The notes under the pieces were generated by a model, which worked only from the letters and a program-made list of their open reading frames with translations, did no database searches and was not told where the DNA came from. Shown in pieces: positions 49,716-62,399 of a DNA stretch of 64,000 nt. Both the position numbers and the translations under genes were made by a program. Source of the DNA: Felis catus (Eukaryota); assembly GCF_018350175.1 (NCBI RefSeq), contig NC_058377.1, forward strand, positions 101,246,001 to 101,310,000, in the 5' to 3' direction. Position 1 is the first letter of the stretch; each line of letters begins with the position of its first letter.

Positions 49716-50074
49716 GAAAGAAATAAAAATATGTTTCACAAATAATGTGATCAGCAAAACCCAAGGAAATCAGTGAATCGGAATAATAAAATTTCACCAG
49801 AAATAGCACCTTTATATACTAGAAATGTGAAAAACACAATGGGAAAAGATTTATGAACAATATTGTGAGGTGTATTATATATGTGTGTATTAGACTAATA
49901 CATACATTAAAAATATTCAAATAAAAAATCACTAAGGAAATACAATTTTTGCCTTAGAAATAATAATAATCTCCAATGTTTCTTTTCTCTTAGATCACTT
50001 ATTCTAATAGTTCCATTATTTACTAAAAATTATTAAAATTATTTATTTTTTATATTATTTTCCAAGTAGCTTAG

Positions 50075-50520
50075 AGTCCAATGAGAGAGACAGACATGGA
50101 AAATCTATATTATAATGTAGCATGAAAAATACAATAGTGACATAAAGAAGAAACGGAGTATCCTGCAAAATGATCATTCAACATTCTTCCCCCTTTGGGG
50201 AGAATCAGGTAAAGAGAAAATTGTGAATTGCCTGAAAATTTTACCGAGACGTTAACTGTGACGTTGTACTAGGAAGGTGAGAAGGCATTAGCCATTACAG
50301 ACAGGAAAAGCCGTGGGAAAGTATTTCAGTGACGCAGGATATGCAGAGACGAGATGTGCAGCCACAGTCGAAGGAGAGGCATTTTATAGTGGACAGTGAG
50401 AGAGAAAAAGCAGGAGAAATTAGAAAAGACAGCCAGGGCCATGAACACAGAACAATGTAGATCATACTAAACAGTTTTGCCTAAACCTCATAATAGAAAC
50501 GATAGAAATGCCTTCTATAC
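50075..50520 (-). mobile_element. L2 fragment
   Basis: gagtccaatgagagagacagacatggaaa; gaaggtgagaaggcattagcc. Confidence 0.55.
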
Positions 50521-50859
50521 AAGATTGATATATCAGATGCATTTCAAAAGCTCCCTCAAAAAAAAAAAAACATAATGGCTTAACATTATGGAATTACATG
50601 CAATGAATTTGAAAGAGACTGATATGTAGAAACATTAAAGCTTGTGGAATTTGAAATAAATAAAAAAGAAAATGACATGTTGCAGCTGATGTGTATACCT
50701 TGAAAAATGAGAGAATTTAGGAGTGTGATTGATAGTTTACTATTCCCTGGGAGTGATGCAAAATCCATTGTTTGAGTGAGATTCTTGCTTGGGGGAGAAT
50801 AAGAATTTCTTTTTGATCACTATGTATGTGGACCTTTTTAGTACCTTGCCAGGCACATA

Positions 50860-51110
50860 ATAAGCACCAACAAATTCTCGTCACTGTTATTATTATGATC
50901 ATTATCATGCTACTCATAACCATTGCAACATCACCAACTTGCAGTTTGCAAAGCAATTTAATAGCCATTATGAGTTAACGCCCCAAAGTAGCCCTGTGCG
51001 ACAAGTTAGTATTTTCATTTCTTAATTTAGGCTGAGAATTTATTTCCTTCCCAAGAGCACACAAGTAGGTAGTAGAAGGGCCTGTGTGCAAACCTAGATC
51101 TGGCTTCACA
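50860..51110 (-). mobile_element. MIR fragment
   Basis: tattttcatttcttaatttaggctgag..ttcccaagagcacacaagtagg..gtgcaaacctagatctggc. Confidence 0.6.
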
Positions 51111-52215
51111 TCCCCTTTTCTTCCCCCTACACTACTTCGTCTCCCAGAGGAGGGTGGTTTAAGATAGAGGAAATGGCCATCCCTGAGGAATCAGATGATT
51201 AACTTCACACACTCACACTAAACTGTAGATTCATTCATCCTAAGCTGAAACTTTAAGTTTGCTGAGGTGGGTTTCAATTAAAACGTCCTCATGAAAAAGC
51301 TGAAAACCTAGTCATTTTAATAAGGCCCCTTGAAACTGATTAGCAAGTAGTCTACTTGAAGCAATGCCCGTAGGGAATTGATTGCAACGAAGAGTTTTAT
51401 AATAAGACACAGAGAGACAGTTTCATCATCAACGCTGAAGCAAACTCTGACTTGGTTTTTTTTCTTAATGACCACCAATTATTGAATTAAAATCACCAGA
51501 TGAACAATGGTGGTGACAGAAGCTGACATTTTTCTTGACTTCTCAGATATGCAGAACCTTTGTGGCCTGAGTAAAAATGGAAATGCTAACTAATCGCTTT
51601 CATATTCTGTAGTAGGGAGGGCAATAGGCCCTCTGGAACTTCTCGATCCTGTCAAGATACTGCATAGTCACCAGGAACACATAACTTGGAAACATGATCA
51701 GTAATGGAAAGCGTTCAAGTTCCGTGTCAAGCTATTACTTTTTTCACAATTCCCATTTTGACATGTGCTGTGACCAGAGAGTCCTGCTAGAATGCACTGA
51801 AGGAAAATAATGGCTATTAAATCCTTCAGTGAACGAAGAAAGCCAAAAGAGTCCGCGAGGCAAAAGCCTACTCAAAAGAAGAGAAGATAGAAATATGAAA
51901 TAGAAAACATGCATACTAGCGGTGAAGTGTGGGATATGAGACACGTGCACACTTGGGATGCAAGTGACCGTCTCTGAGCTGCAATAATTAGGTGAAGCCT
52001 TGGTTTCTGCAAACCTTCTGAATGTGCATTATAGGCTGAGCTATGAGAAGATACTCAGGGCTATGTCTGATCATTTTCTAGAAACAGAACAGGACGCAAA
52101 AACCTCATCACAATGCAAACATTATATTAAAAGGTATCAAACAGTCACTCCATGAAAAACAAATAAATGTGCTTGCAGGAATAAATCAAATTTGAGCTTT
52201 AAAAGTATCGGGCAA

Positions 52216-52440
52216 GGGGCACCTGACCTGGGTGGTTCAGTTGGTTAAGTATCTGACTCTTGAATTTGGCTCAGGTCATGATCCCAGGGTCATGGGATTG
52301 AGCCCGAGGGCACTGAGGGTGGAGGCTGCTTAAGACCCTCTCTCTCTCTCTCTCTCTCTCAATCTCTTTGCTCCTCTCTCCCCTCTTGCACGCACGCATG
52401 CTCTCTCTCTCTAAAAAATAAAAAAAATAATAAAAAATAC
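52216..52440 (+). mobile_element. CAN-SINE (older subtype)
   Basis: Head with small duplication ggggcacctgacctggg; TSD aagtatc(g/a)gg. Confidence 0.9.
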
Positions 52441-52946
52441 AAGTATCAGGGGAAAAACAGCATAAGTGTGTGTATTTAAATAAAAACTGAAAAAAAAAAA
52501 ATGAAAGACATGTGGAAGATTATTTATTAAGTGCCAAACTGGGTAAAGAAAAAAAAAAGCCTTATGTAAATTGAGTTAGTGATTAAAAATACAAGGAAAA
52601 AAAGAACAAAACAGAAGTCTTGTTTTAGCTGTTTTTTCTTTTCTGTAGTTCCTGACAAAAATGGGGACCTAATAAAGTATTATTGAACAATATAAATAAA
52701 TCTCTTGGAAAGTTTTTGGCAACTTGACTCCAGAAGTGGCAAGCTTATAATTTTAAAATGGTGTTTCCTCTTTTATTATATTTATTTAATCATTAGATTA
52801 AATAATGGATCTTATTGGTAAGTAATTGGATTTTACTCTGGTAAGATATAAATTTCTAATATTTAAATATTATTAAATATTTAAAATATAAATGACTAAT
52901 TTACATTTTACCAATGATTAAATAAATAAATAAATAAATAAATATA

Positions 52947-53174
52947 GAGTAAAACCTCGATTTGTGAGCACAATTTGTTCCAGAAATGAGCTTATAATCC
53001 AAAGCACTTGTATATCAAAGAGAATTTCGAGAACCATTGGCTCAGTTGTGATCATGTGACCTTCGGCATCACGTACTACTTGTATCACATGACATCGCTT
53101 ATTTATCAAATTAAAATTTATTAGAAACGTTTGCTTGTCCTGCAGAATACTTGCAGGTGCAATTCAAGGTTTTA
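52947..53174 (+). mobile_element. Tigger/pogo-type non-autonomous DNA element (MITE-like)
   Basis: TA+gagtaaaacctcgatt left end; attcaaggtttta right end; second copy at 17722. Confidence 0.7.
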
Positions 53175-53611
53175 ATCCATATTTATTTAATCATAAAAGA
53201 GAAACACCATTTTTAAGGAGTGAATCAGGCAAAGTGATATATATATAGAGAGAGAGAGAGAGCGATAGATATCTATCTATATATATATCTATATATATGT
53301 AATTATTAATGTTAGTGCAGAAACAATACAGCAGTGTTGTGAATCAAATTTGTTGAGTCTCTACTTAGTATCAGGAACTACAGATAAAGAGACCCGAATC
53401 TGCCCACACAATAAATAACAAAGAGATGACAAACTAACCAAGCAAAAATATTGTACATGATATTGAGAAAAATAAAGTAAATTGAGGAAAGGCAGCAGTA
53501 GTCGTGTCAATGTTTATAAAGCACATATGCTAATCCAAACACGATTCTAAGTCTTTTCACACTTTTATTCATTTAATTCTCAAGCAGCAGTTGAGGCAAC
53601 TACTATTACCA

Positions 53612-53772
53612 TTACATTTATTTATTTGTTTGGGGAGAGAGAGAATCCCAAGCAGGCTCCACACTGTCAGTTCAGAGCCCTACACAGGGCTCAAACTCAG
53701 GAACCATAAGACCATGATCCGAGCCAAAATTAAGAGTCAGACGCTTAACCAACTGAATTACCCAGGCATCCC
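53612..53772 (-). mobile_element. CAN-SINE
   Basis: gagaatcccaagcaggctcc..cccaggcatccc. Confidence 0.88.
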
Positions 53773-54375
53773 ACTGTTTTTGTTTTGAAGATGATGAAAA
53801 CAAGACCCAGAATGTTACATGACCAAGTACTATAATGACAGATTGAAGAGTTTAAGACCCAGATAATCTGGTTCCAGTGTTCTCACACTTTACCGCTGTG
53901 AAGGAGTGGAGGAGTAAGGCATCTAAAAGCACTGTAATACTGGAATAAAAACAAATTCCTAAGGCTGGTGTGACCTGGGGTATTCCAAGCCAGTGTGGAC
54001 AGAAAGATGGAAAGGGGATATAGGGATTAACATAGCTGAGGTTCAGAAAGCCAACAACGGCCAGATCATTCCTAGTCTTGCACACCCGTGTAAGAATTTT
54101 GGGTTTTACTCCAGGTGAAATGGGCAACCATTGCGGGATTATGTGCCAGGGAGTGAAAGCGCTTGGGATACTATTTAGAATAATTACTGTGTTGAAATAC
54201 AACTGTAGAGGGAAAGGGAGATGGATGAGATGATGGAAGGGCAGAGTAACACAGTGGTTGGTAAAAAGATGCTGGATACAGTGAATGTAACAGCAACCAG
54301 AATTCCTATCAGATTGGAGTAGGATAGGAGCAAGAGGAGTCAAGGGTCACTCCAAGGATTTTTGCCTGGAGCAGC

Positions 54376-54418
54376 GAGAGAGAGAGAGAGAGAGAGATTG
54401 AGAGAGAGAGAGAGAGAG
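54376..54418. repeat. (GA)n microsatellite
   Basis: Direct read. Confidence 0.95.
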
Positions 54419-55404
54419 TTGAAATAAGAAGAGCTATAGAGGAGAAGTCTTGTGGTGGAACTCAGTTTTGGACAATAAACCCAAGATGCTTGTACACATC
54501 CAAGTAAAGATGTCAAGTAGGCTGCTGAATGTTTGAATCTAGAAATCAGAGGAGTGTACTGGGGTGAAGACTCACACTGGGAGTCACTGACATACGGACA
54601 CTCTTAGATGGAATAAGGCTGAGTGAAATTGGCAAGTAAAGGAAAATGTATAGATATAAACAGACAAAATGGCAAAGAACTGAACTTGTGACTTGCCAAC
54701 ACAGAGAGGTGAAGGTGACAAGGAGGAACCAGCCAGCCAGAGAAAGAACATCCAGGAGGAATATCAGAGGATATGGGAAACCAAGTGAAGAAAGCTAATC
54801 CAGGAATCATCAATTTGGCAAATATTGTTGATAAAAGTTGTTAACTACATAATATACTCTTGTTAAGGGGATTTTGGAAAGAATAACGGGGTTAAAGTCT
54901 ACTGGAATGATTTGGAGAGAAGTGGGAGGATATAAATTGCAGGCAATGTGTAAACACAAACCGCTTTCTAAGGAACACTGCCAGGAAAAAGAAAAAAAAA
55001 AACAGCAATAAGCAAAAAGTTGTAAACTAGACATATCCTGTTATTCAGCATTTCTATTTTTTATCATTCTACCCTAAAATACTGGATCTTTCTAAACAAA
55101 TTTTGAATAAAAGAATTATTATTTTACTAATTAAAAATCATAAACTGTATAAATAGGAAGTGTTATATATGTATAGCAGAAAACATGCTTTGGGAAGAAA
55201 TTTGAAAGTATGTAAAATCCTGATGCACTGCTGGTAAAAAATGGTAATTATATGTAGTAAATTGTCATGCACTCTATGAGTCCAATTTAGTAAAATACAT
55301 AAAAATATAAAGAAAAAAGTAAAGCAAAAGTCTCCCTAAACTTGAAGAACAGTTACCTCTGGTAGATGATATATATTTATATGTGACATTTTCTTTTACT
55401 AAAA

Positions 55405-55621
55405 AACATTTTTAATGCTTATTTATTTTTGAGAGAGAAAGAGAGAGAGAGAGCGAGCATGAGTGGGGGAGGAGCAGAGAGAGAGGGAGACAGAATCCGA
55501 AGCAGTCTCCAGGCTCTGAGCTGTTGGTGCAGAACCCCATGCGGAGCTTGAACCCACGAACCATTAGATCATGACCTGAGCCAAAGTCAGCCCCTTAACC
55601 AACTGAGCCACCCAGACACCC
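55405..55621 (-). mobile_element. CAN-SINE
   Basis: Antisense body ending gagccacccagacaccc. Confidence 0.92.
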
Positions 55622-56339
55622 GACATGTGTTTTTTTTTTGTATTTGTATGTATATCTTCCTACATATAAAATTTCACAATCAGCATATATACGCATGTAC
55701 TTTATATTATGCAAAAGATTTTCTTTTTTCTTTTTTTTTTCAAAGAAAGTATATATGAAATATTTTTGATAGGTTTCTAAAACTCTAAGGTCTTTACTAT
55801 AATCAGAAGCTGGTTGATTTTATTTCATTGTTTTAGTAAATAAAATGATATTTTCAAATTGTAAATTAATAAGAAAGACATGGATTATTCAATTAAATAA
55901 CATCAGGGCAATTAGCTATTTGGACAACCTATTAGCTCAAGTTCTTGCCTCAGGTCATCAACTAATTAATGCTACATGACCTTAAAAAATTAAATGTCAA
56001 CTCCCCAAAATATAAATAAAGAGGGTTTGTTATTATTTCAATGCCTATGCTCAGCAAAGAAAAAATAAACAGAATTGTTTGCTTAAACACTTAAAACATC
56101 TGGGTGTAAAACACATTCAGTTAGATAAGACAAATGATTAAATCAGAATCCCTCTAAGGTCACACGGACAGGAAAGGACAATTATAAATAAATGATGAAA
56201 ACATTTCGGAAATGGTGGTGAGCTTTCAACTGCTTGCCATTTGGTTTTGATTTTCTTTGTTTTGTTTATACAAATTAGATTGGACATAGGTAACCAAAGA
56301 CTAGTGATTTCATGGTGAGATCATTCTAGTTTGAATATC

Positions 56340-56594
56340 AACTAATGCTAACTTTGTTTTTATGGACTAATCTTTTTCTAATTAGAACTTTCTAATCGTA
56401 GTTGTCCCCTGGAGGGTCAGTGACCCTAGGGCAGTCATGTCTGGGGAAAACTGGGAATTAACTCTCTAGGGAATAAAGACTGTTGTCTAAAGGCCTATAT
56501 CACACATTCACATACCCTTCCTATCTGAGCATCATTGAAAGGAGGCTTCTGCGAAAACCTTCAGGGGAAGATTTTTTTCTACAACTAGGTAGGT
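56340..56594 (+). promoter_or_regulatory. Candidate OR promoter and non-coding exon 1 for the gene at 58495
   Basis: Homeodomain motif ctaattag 56378-56385; O/E(EBF)-like CCCCTGGAGG 56406-56415, CCCTAGGG 56424-56431, TCTCTAGGGA 56463-56472; donor AG|GTAGGT at 56589. Confidence 0.55.
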
Positions 56595-57194
56595 TAAATA
56601 GGTACAGTTGGTCATTTGCACAGACTTCCTTCCCCAAGTCATCCAGTTTTCCCCACTAAAAAGAAAGTGGATGACCCTATCTACTTCTGCTCCAACTGGA
56701 TGAAGCTGGCATTTATACACAAGAATGAGTGAAATAACCCTCCTACCACTCCCAAAATAAATTTATTTATTTACTTATTCCCCTCAATAGCTCCCTGAGA
56801 CTCAGGCTTCCTTTAAAAGAAAACATGTTTTATCTGCTGATAAAATGTCAGAAGCCAGTGCCTGTAGAAGACAAGCATTTGTGAGTGAGAGTTGCCTTTC
56901 TCTTAGGAGAAAAAAAAAATGTGTATCAAAAAGAAATTCATAAGTGAAGGTAATACATAAAAACGGGAGTGGACCTTTTCAAAATTTGAAATTGATGGAA
57001 GCGTGGGTTTTGAAGGCCCCCCCTTTTTTTTTAATGGATGTACAAGGAAAGAAAATCAGCCTGATTCCAGTATGTGTGTGCAAAGAAAAGTAACCCAATA
57101 CCAAAACTTACACCTCTCAAACATCAAAGGCATCCCATGTCTCCAAGTGGGGAATGCTGACCATATCTGTCCACATCTGTACTTTCTCTTTTCC

Positions 57195-57381
57195 TTTTTT
57201 TAAAATTTGTTTGTTTGTTTGCTTGTTTGTTTATGGAGAGGGAGGGGATGTGCAAGGAGAAAGGGAGAGAGAGAATCCCAAGCAGGCCCCGCAATGCGGG
57301 CTCAATCTCATGAGCCATGAGATCATGTCCTGAGCCAAAATCAAGAGTTGGACACTAATCGACTGAGCCACCCAGGTGCCC
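57195..57381 (-). mobile_element. CAN-SINE
   Basis: (TTTG)n tail, gagaatcccaagcagg, gagccacccaggtgccc. Confidence 0.9.
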
Positions 57382-57561
57382 TTTCCACTTTTCCTTTTGT
57401 TCCACATCTAGAACAGGGAACTCTAGCACTAACAGCTGTGGTAAGACGCCAGCTCAGAAAGGCAAGCCAATTCAAAAATTCTATCCAAAAACACCTCTCA
57501 CAAGGTGAGTTTTGCTTCTATGGAGGAGAAAGTAAATGGATGAGACAGAAAACTGTTTTCA

Positions 57562-57718
57562 TGTCAGATTTTATGTATGCAGGCATGTATGTGTTGTGTG
57601 TGTTTGTAGGCATACGTATATATGTGTTTATCTACATCTGTACACATTACATATATGTCTGTATGAATGCATATATGTATTTGTGTGTATATATATGCGT
57701 GTATGCATACATATACAT
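57562..57718. repeat. TATG/TGTA-type low-complexity repeat
   Basis: atgtatgcaggcatgtatgtgttgtgtg...atatatgcgtgtatgcatacatatac. Confidence 0.85.
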
Positions 57719-58199
57719 TTAATTTGGAGAATGTATTAGGTATCATTAACAGTATTAAGTTGAATTAATAAATGAAGAAGATAAAATTTGAAAGGCTATT
57801 TTTCTGACCACTCATACAAAACTGTTAAAAAAAAAAAAGCTTCTCTTGGGTTAATGTGTTTGGGGAGGAAAGGAGATTATTCTATTTCCCACACTTTTGT
57901 GTGTTTAGCTTCAGAATGTACAGTTCATTGAGGTGAAATATGAGAAGAAATAAACACATCCCATTTCAAATCTCCTTTCTAGCTCTCATAATTTTATGAG
58001 AACAAAAATTGAAGGCCCATTAGAATTAAAGAATTAATCTTATTTCTTTGTATGTGACTCATCTATGGTTATCATAACCTATGTGGTGTGGCTATTGGGA
58101 GTTATATGCCTCTTTCCACCTCTGAGACTGTGAATGCTAACTTTAATTTTGGGAGGAAAATGAAAGATAAAAAATTCTCACCATATTAAATACATCCCT

Positions 58200-58233
58200 A
58201 CCTACCTACATACATACATACATACATACATAT
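58200..58233. repeat. (CCTA)(CATA)n tetranucleotide repeat
   Basis: cctacctacatacatacatacatacataca. Confidence 0.9.
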
Positions 58234-58449
58234 AATTTTTTCTTTGTTATTTTTACTACATAGCCATCAATTGATTTTTTTTATTGGCCTTCATTCTTTG
58301 GCTTCATAAAATTATGATAGCTAGAAAGGAGAGTTTGAAATGGGATGTGTTTACTTGTTCTCATATTCCACCTCAATGAACTGTAATTTCTGAAGCTAAA
58401 ACATAAGAGTTGGCATCTGGTGACAATTCCTTGACCTAATAACTTGTCT

Positions 58450-58477
58450 CTGACTCTATTTTGTCTTTTTTCAGCAG
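58450..58477 (+). promoter_or_regulatory. 3' splice acceptor (tandem CAGCAG) of the last OR coding exon
   Basis: ctgac branch motif 58450-58454, T-rich tract, CAGCAG 58472-58477, about 20 nt before the ATG. Confidence 0.75.
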
Positions 58478-58494
58478 CCAAGAGACTGGAATAA

Positions 58495-59451
58495 ATGGTT
58501 GGAAGGAATAACACCAGGGTGACAGAATTCATTCTTTTGGGCTTTTCTGTCCATAGAGAGATTGAAATCACTCTCTTTTTTCTCATTTCAGTAGTATATA
58601 CTCTAACTTTGGTAGGGAACCTTGGGATGATTTCATTAATACGATTGGATTCTCGACTTCACACACCCATGTACTTTTTTCTCAGCAATCTGGCCTTTGT
58701 AGACCTCTGTTACTCTTCATCAATAGCCCCCAAGTTCCTGCAGACCCTCCTGACCAAGCACAAGTCTCTATCTTTCTATGCATGTGCAACACAGTTGGGC
58801 TTTTTCCTGAACTTCTTGATTTCAGAGATGCTCCTTCTTGCAGTGATGGCTTATGACCGCTATGTGGCCATCTGCAATCCTCTTCTCTACATGGTGAGCA
58901 TGTCCCCAAAAGTGTGTATGCAACTAGTAACAGGCCCCTACTTATACAGCTTTTCTGTTGCTTTGCTCCACACAGCCGTTACTTTCCAACTGATTTATTG
59001 TGGCCCAAATATCATCAATCACTTTTATTGCGATGATGTCCCTTTGATGGCCCTCGCCTGCTCAGACACCAGTCTCAAAGAAATCTTGATTTTCATCTTT
59101 GCGGGTTTCAACATGATCAGCTCTTTGAGCACTGTTCTTATTTCTTACTTATACTTCGTGGCTGCCATCTTGAAAATCCAATCTACAGAAGGAAGGTTCA
59201 GAGCTTTCTCAACCTGCGCGTCTCATCTGACTGCTGTGACTATATTCTATGGGACTCTGATCTTCATGTATCTGCAGCCCAAATCAAACCATTCCCTTGA
59301 CACAGACAAAATGGCCTCTGTGTTCTACACAATTGTAATTCCTATGCTGAACCCAATGATCTATAGCTTGAGGAACAAAGAGGTGAAAAATGCCTTGAGG
59401 AAATCAATTGACAAATGTTATATCCTGCTTCTAACAAACTTTAAAAAATGA
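58495..59451 (+). CDS. Olfactory receptor of the OR8U/OR5R clade, 318 aa, intact
   Basis: N-glycosylation site NNT; [63 protein letters not shown] (shared with the OR5R1-like gene), [12 protein letters not shown]. Confidence 0.95.
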   Translation: MVGRNNTRVTEFILLGFSVHREIEITLFFLISVVYTLTLVGNLGMISLIRLDSRLHTPMYFFLSNLAFVDLCYSSSIAPKFLQTLLTKHKSLSFYACATQLGFFLNFLISEMLLLAVMAYDRYVAICNPLLYMVSMSPKVCMQLVTGPYLYSFSVALLHTAVTFQLIYCGPNIINHFYCDDVPLMALACSDTSLKEILIFIFAGFNMISSLSTVLISYLYFVAAILKIQSTEGRFRAFSTCASHLTAVTIFYGTLIFMYLQPKSNHSLDTDKMASVFYTIVIPMLNPMIYSLRNKEVKNALRKSIDKCYILLLTNFKK

Positions 59452-60269
59452 GTCGGGGCAGTGTCTGACTTGGGGTACTGCCACATGTAGATATATTGTT
59501 TTTATAATCTTTTCAGTCTTTTGATGGAGTAAGTTCAGTTTTATCATCCTTTATGGGAGTGAAATTATTTTGTACATGAATTCCGTTTTTAATACCGTCT
59601 TCACTAAGTTGAAATATTTAAAGGAGTAGGATTTAGACTTCTAGTAAATTCCAACTGTTTAGGTGTAGGACACTGAGAGCCCTTCCTGTTCCACTGATAG
59701 TAAGAATCAACAGTTTCTTTCAAAAGTGTTTCTGCTTTGTATGCTGGTGGAGGACCGAGAAAGGGGCAAGGAAGGGGGTGAAGTAAATTTTTTGTCCATC
59801 CCCATGTCATTTTGTGCAAAAGCCTGTCCCCAACTGTATCTGGTCTGCTAACCATCACTCCTCACTCTGCCTCTGACTACCACTGGTTCACTACTGGCCA
59901 TTCTCTGGTATGACCCAATTATCTTGCCCTTTGAAAAGATGCCATTTTTGGCTATGTAAATCTGTGGATCAAGAGTACCCTTTAGAAAGCTATACTCCCC
60001 TTGGTAACCCTATCAAAGCAAAAATGTAGATCTATCCCAAAATTCCCTAAGCAAAGCTGTACTTTCCAAAGTTTCTCTGAAGTTGTGGGGATATGGGGAC
60101 TTTACAAAGTGCTGGGGGACAGGCAGGGGTAGCTTAAAACAACATGATAATTATGGTTGTTGTCACATTTCAAGAATATAGCTCTATGTTGGGTTAATTA
60201 TGTATAAAGCAAAATAATCCAAAACCACTTAAACTGTCAACTGTAATGTCATAGATTTGTGTTTTTTTT

Positions 60270-60660
60270 TTCACTCAAAAATTCAAATGTATAATGTCTA
60301 CTGTCTGCTTCATATTGTGAGCTAAAACAAACACATTCCCTGCCTGATAGGGCTGAACAGTCTGGTACAGAAGACAAACGTCAATCAAATAACTACAAAA
60401 ACAAATGTTTACTTTTGATATGAGTTCGGCTCAGAGGGAGTCAAAGGATCAGAAAAAAAAGGTGATTAAGTCCATTAATGGGCAACCAAGGCAAAATTCC
60501 AGCAGCATGAGCAACTAGCCATAAGTGCCTTGAGAGGTCTGTTGAGTGTGGGAGCATTGTATTCATGTTCTCCTTGGAAAATAAGGGCACATGTAGGATA
60601 AGAAGGTCCCAGTAGGGAAAACAAGTATTCTAAGCCTGTTAAAAAGAAATAAAGGACAAA
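60270..60660 (-). mobile_element. L2 3' fragment
   Basis: ttccctgcctgatagggctgaacagtctggtacagaagacaaacgtcaatcaaataac. Confidence 0.55.
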
Positions 60661-61059
60661 TGATCAGTCCTGATTGTTTTTGGTGAAGCCCACCAGACTC
60701 CAATACAAAAATCCCTTCCACTTTGCTCGTCTGCCAGTATGTTATGACATGTTTGGGTCTGGCTCAGACATATAGTTTAGGCTTTCATTCTGGCATGCTC
60801 GATACCCAGGATTTGGTGGGATGAATTTATCTTCTACAATGTATCGCTCTCGTCCGATACAACCCCCATAACTACTCTGAATGGTGGTGGCGGCAGGGGG
60901 TGGGGGGGGAGTGGAGTGAATGAATGAATGAATAAACAAAAGAAGCGCAGTATAGACTGCTTTCCTACCTACAAAAGCCCTGTCCCCTCTGAAAATCTCC
61001 TTCACAGAGGTGGAATGTGACAACGGTCGTTGCACTAGTAGACCTACCCCATAAGCACA

Positions 61060-61420
61060 GTACCTGGGAGTGATCACATGACTGAGAATAAGCCAATCAG
61101 ATGTCTTTCAAGGGACTTTGACATAATTCTGTAATTCCAGTGAGAGTCAACTGATCACTTAATCTTAGGTTAAGTGAATTCTGGAGCTGGGGTTGCCAGT
61201 GTGACTTCCCCATGCACTGAGAAACAGAAAACTGGTCTGTAGAGAAAGAAAAATAAGAAATCCAAACAAGACAAATCTTTGTTCTTATCTTTCAAGGCCC
61301 AAGTACTTGTTTTTTGTGAAACCTGGTTACATTCTCTGCTCTTGAGTTTCATAAAATACCATGGTGATTTTACTTAAAAACAAAACACACTTCCTTGTTA
61401 TTTATTTTTATTAAGATACT
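61060..61420 (+). mobile_element. Old MaLR (MLT1J/K-like) LTR fragment
   Basis: gatcacatgactgagaataagccaatcagatg; ctggagctggggttgccag. Confidence 0.4.
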
Positions 61421-61496
61421 TTGGGTGGTTTCTGTGGCTTTAAACTGAAACAATTTTTTTTTATAAATGTTAATTCCTAACCTTGGGAGTTTCCTT

Positions 61497-61878
61497 GGTG
61501 AAACCTGGAACTGGCCCCATTACACAAGGGCAAAAAGAGACCAAAGAAAGAGGCAGAGCACCTCAGATTGGTAAGTGTCAGTTTTATACAAAGAAACTTA
61601 CATGTGAGGCTTGTCTTGGGTGGCCATAAGACAAGTAAATGTCCACTGTCACCTGCCAGAATCTTAAAAGTTTATGTGGAGGCCTTAATGGGTTTCAGTC
61701 ATGTATATGTTGAGATGGTCTTCAACAACAACTTGCTCTTTCCAGTCTGTATTGTTGAAAATGATTCCTACTGTGGGAGAACATTCCAAGGACAGGAGAA
61801 GGAGTGAGGAGCCTCCCATTGCCCAGGTCCAGCTCAATGATCAACTGGCAGTCGTGTCCTCTCAATGACCTCCCCCAT
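61497..61878 (-). mobile_element. Carnivore ERV solo LTR (probably class I)
   Basis: gcaaaaagagaccaaagaaag..cagaatcttaaaagtttat..gaggagcctcccattgcccaggtccagc..cctctcaatgacctcc resembles carnivore LTRs I recall. Confidence 0.55.
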
Positions 61879-62399
61879 TTATTCTAAATAAATCAGTCTG
61901 CTGAATTATAAGACTGTACCTTTCTGACCTATGTACTGTAGCATGTGTTAGAATGGATCTAATGGCCCAGGCAATATATTTTGTTCATTCAATAATGAAG
62001 TTAGGAACAATTAACGGTGAATAAAGTGAACAAACAACAAACAAAATGAAGTTCGTTATCAAATGAACAAAATAAAGCCAAGGTAACATATAAGTGCTTA
62101 CCTTCCATGAGCTGATTCCCCTTTTTATTCTCTGTCATCTCTGTTTTCATCTCAAGAGCCTTGCGATTCAAACCAAGGCATGACCAGAAATCAAAATCTG
62201 TCAGCCTTCAAGCTATAGAATCTTAGTAAAACAATAGTTACTTCCTGGAATATTATGGGCTTCAAACCTGTTTTACCATTTGTAACTAAGTGACATTAGA
62301 TAATATCTCTGACTTCTATCAAACGGGCTTCTCAGAACCTTAAGATGAAAAGTTGCTTTAACATTTTTAAGTTCTGACTTCACGGTGCTTATGAAACTC

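Larger units (their letters stand above)
53330..55010 (-). mobile_element. L2 fragment, split by a SINE and (GA)n
   Basis: ggccagatcattcctagtcttgcacacccgtgtaagaattttgggttttactcc; gagtcaagggtcactccaaggatttttgcctggagca; catccaagtaaagatgtcaagtaggctgctg. Confidence 0.8.

Noticed and set aside
60880-60915. G-rich run, possible G-quadruplex
   Set aside because: Isolated, next to a (TGAA)n repeat tail, with no functional context.
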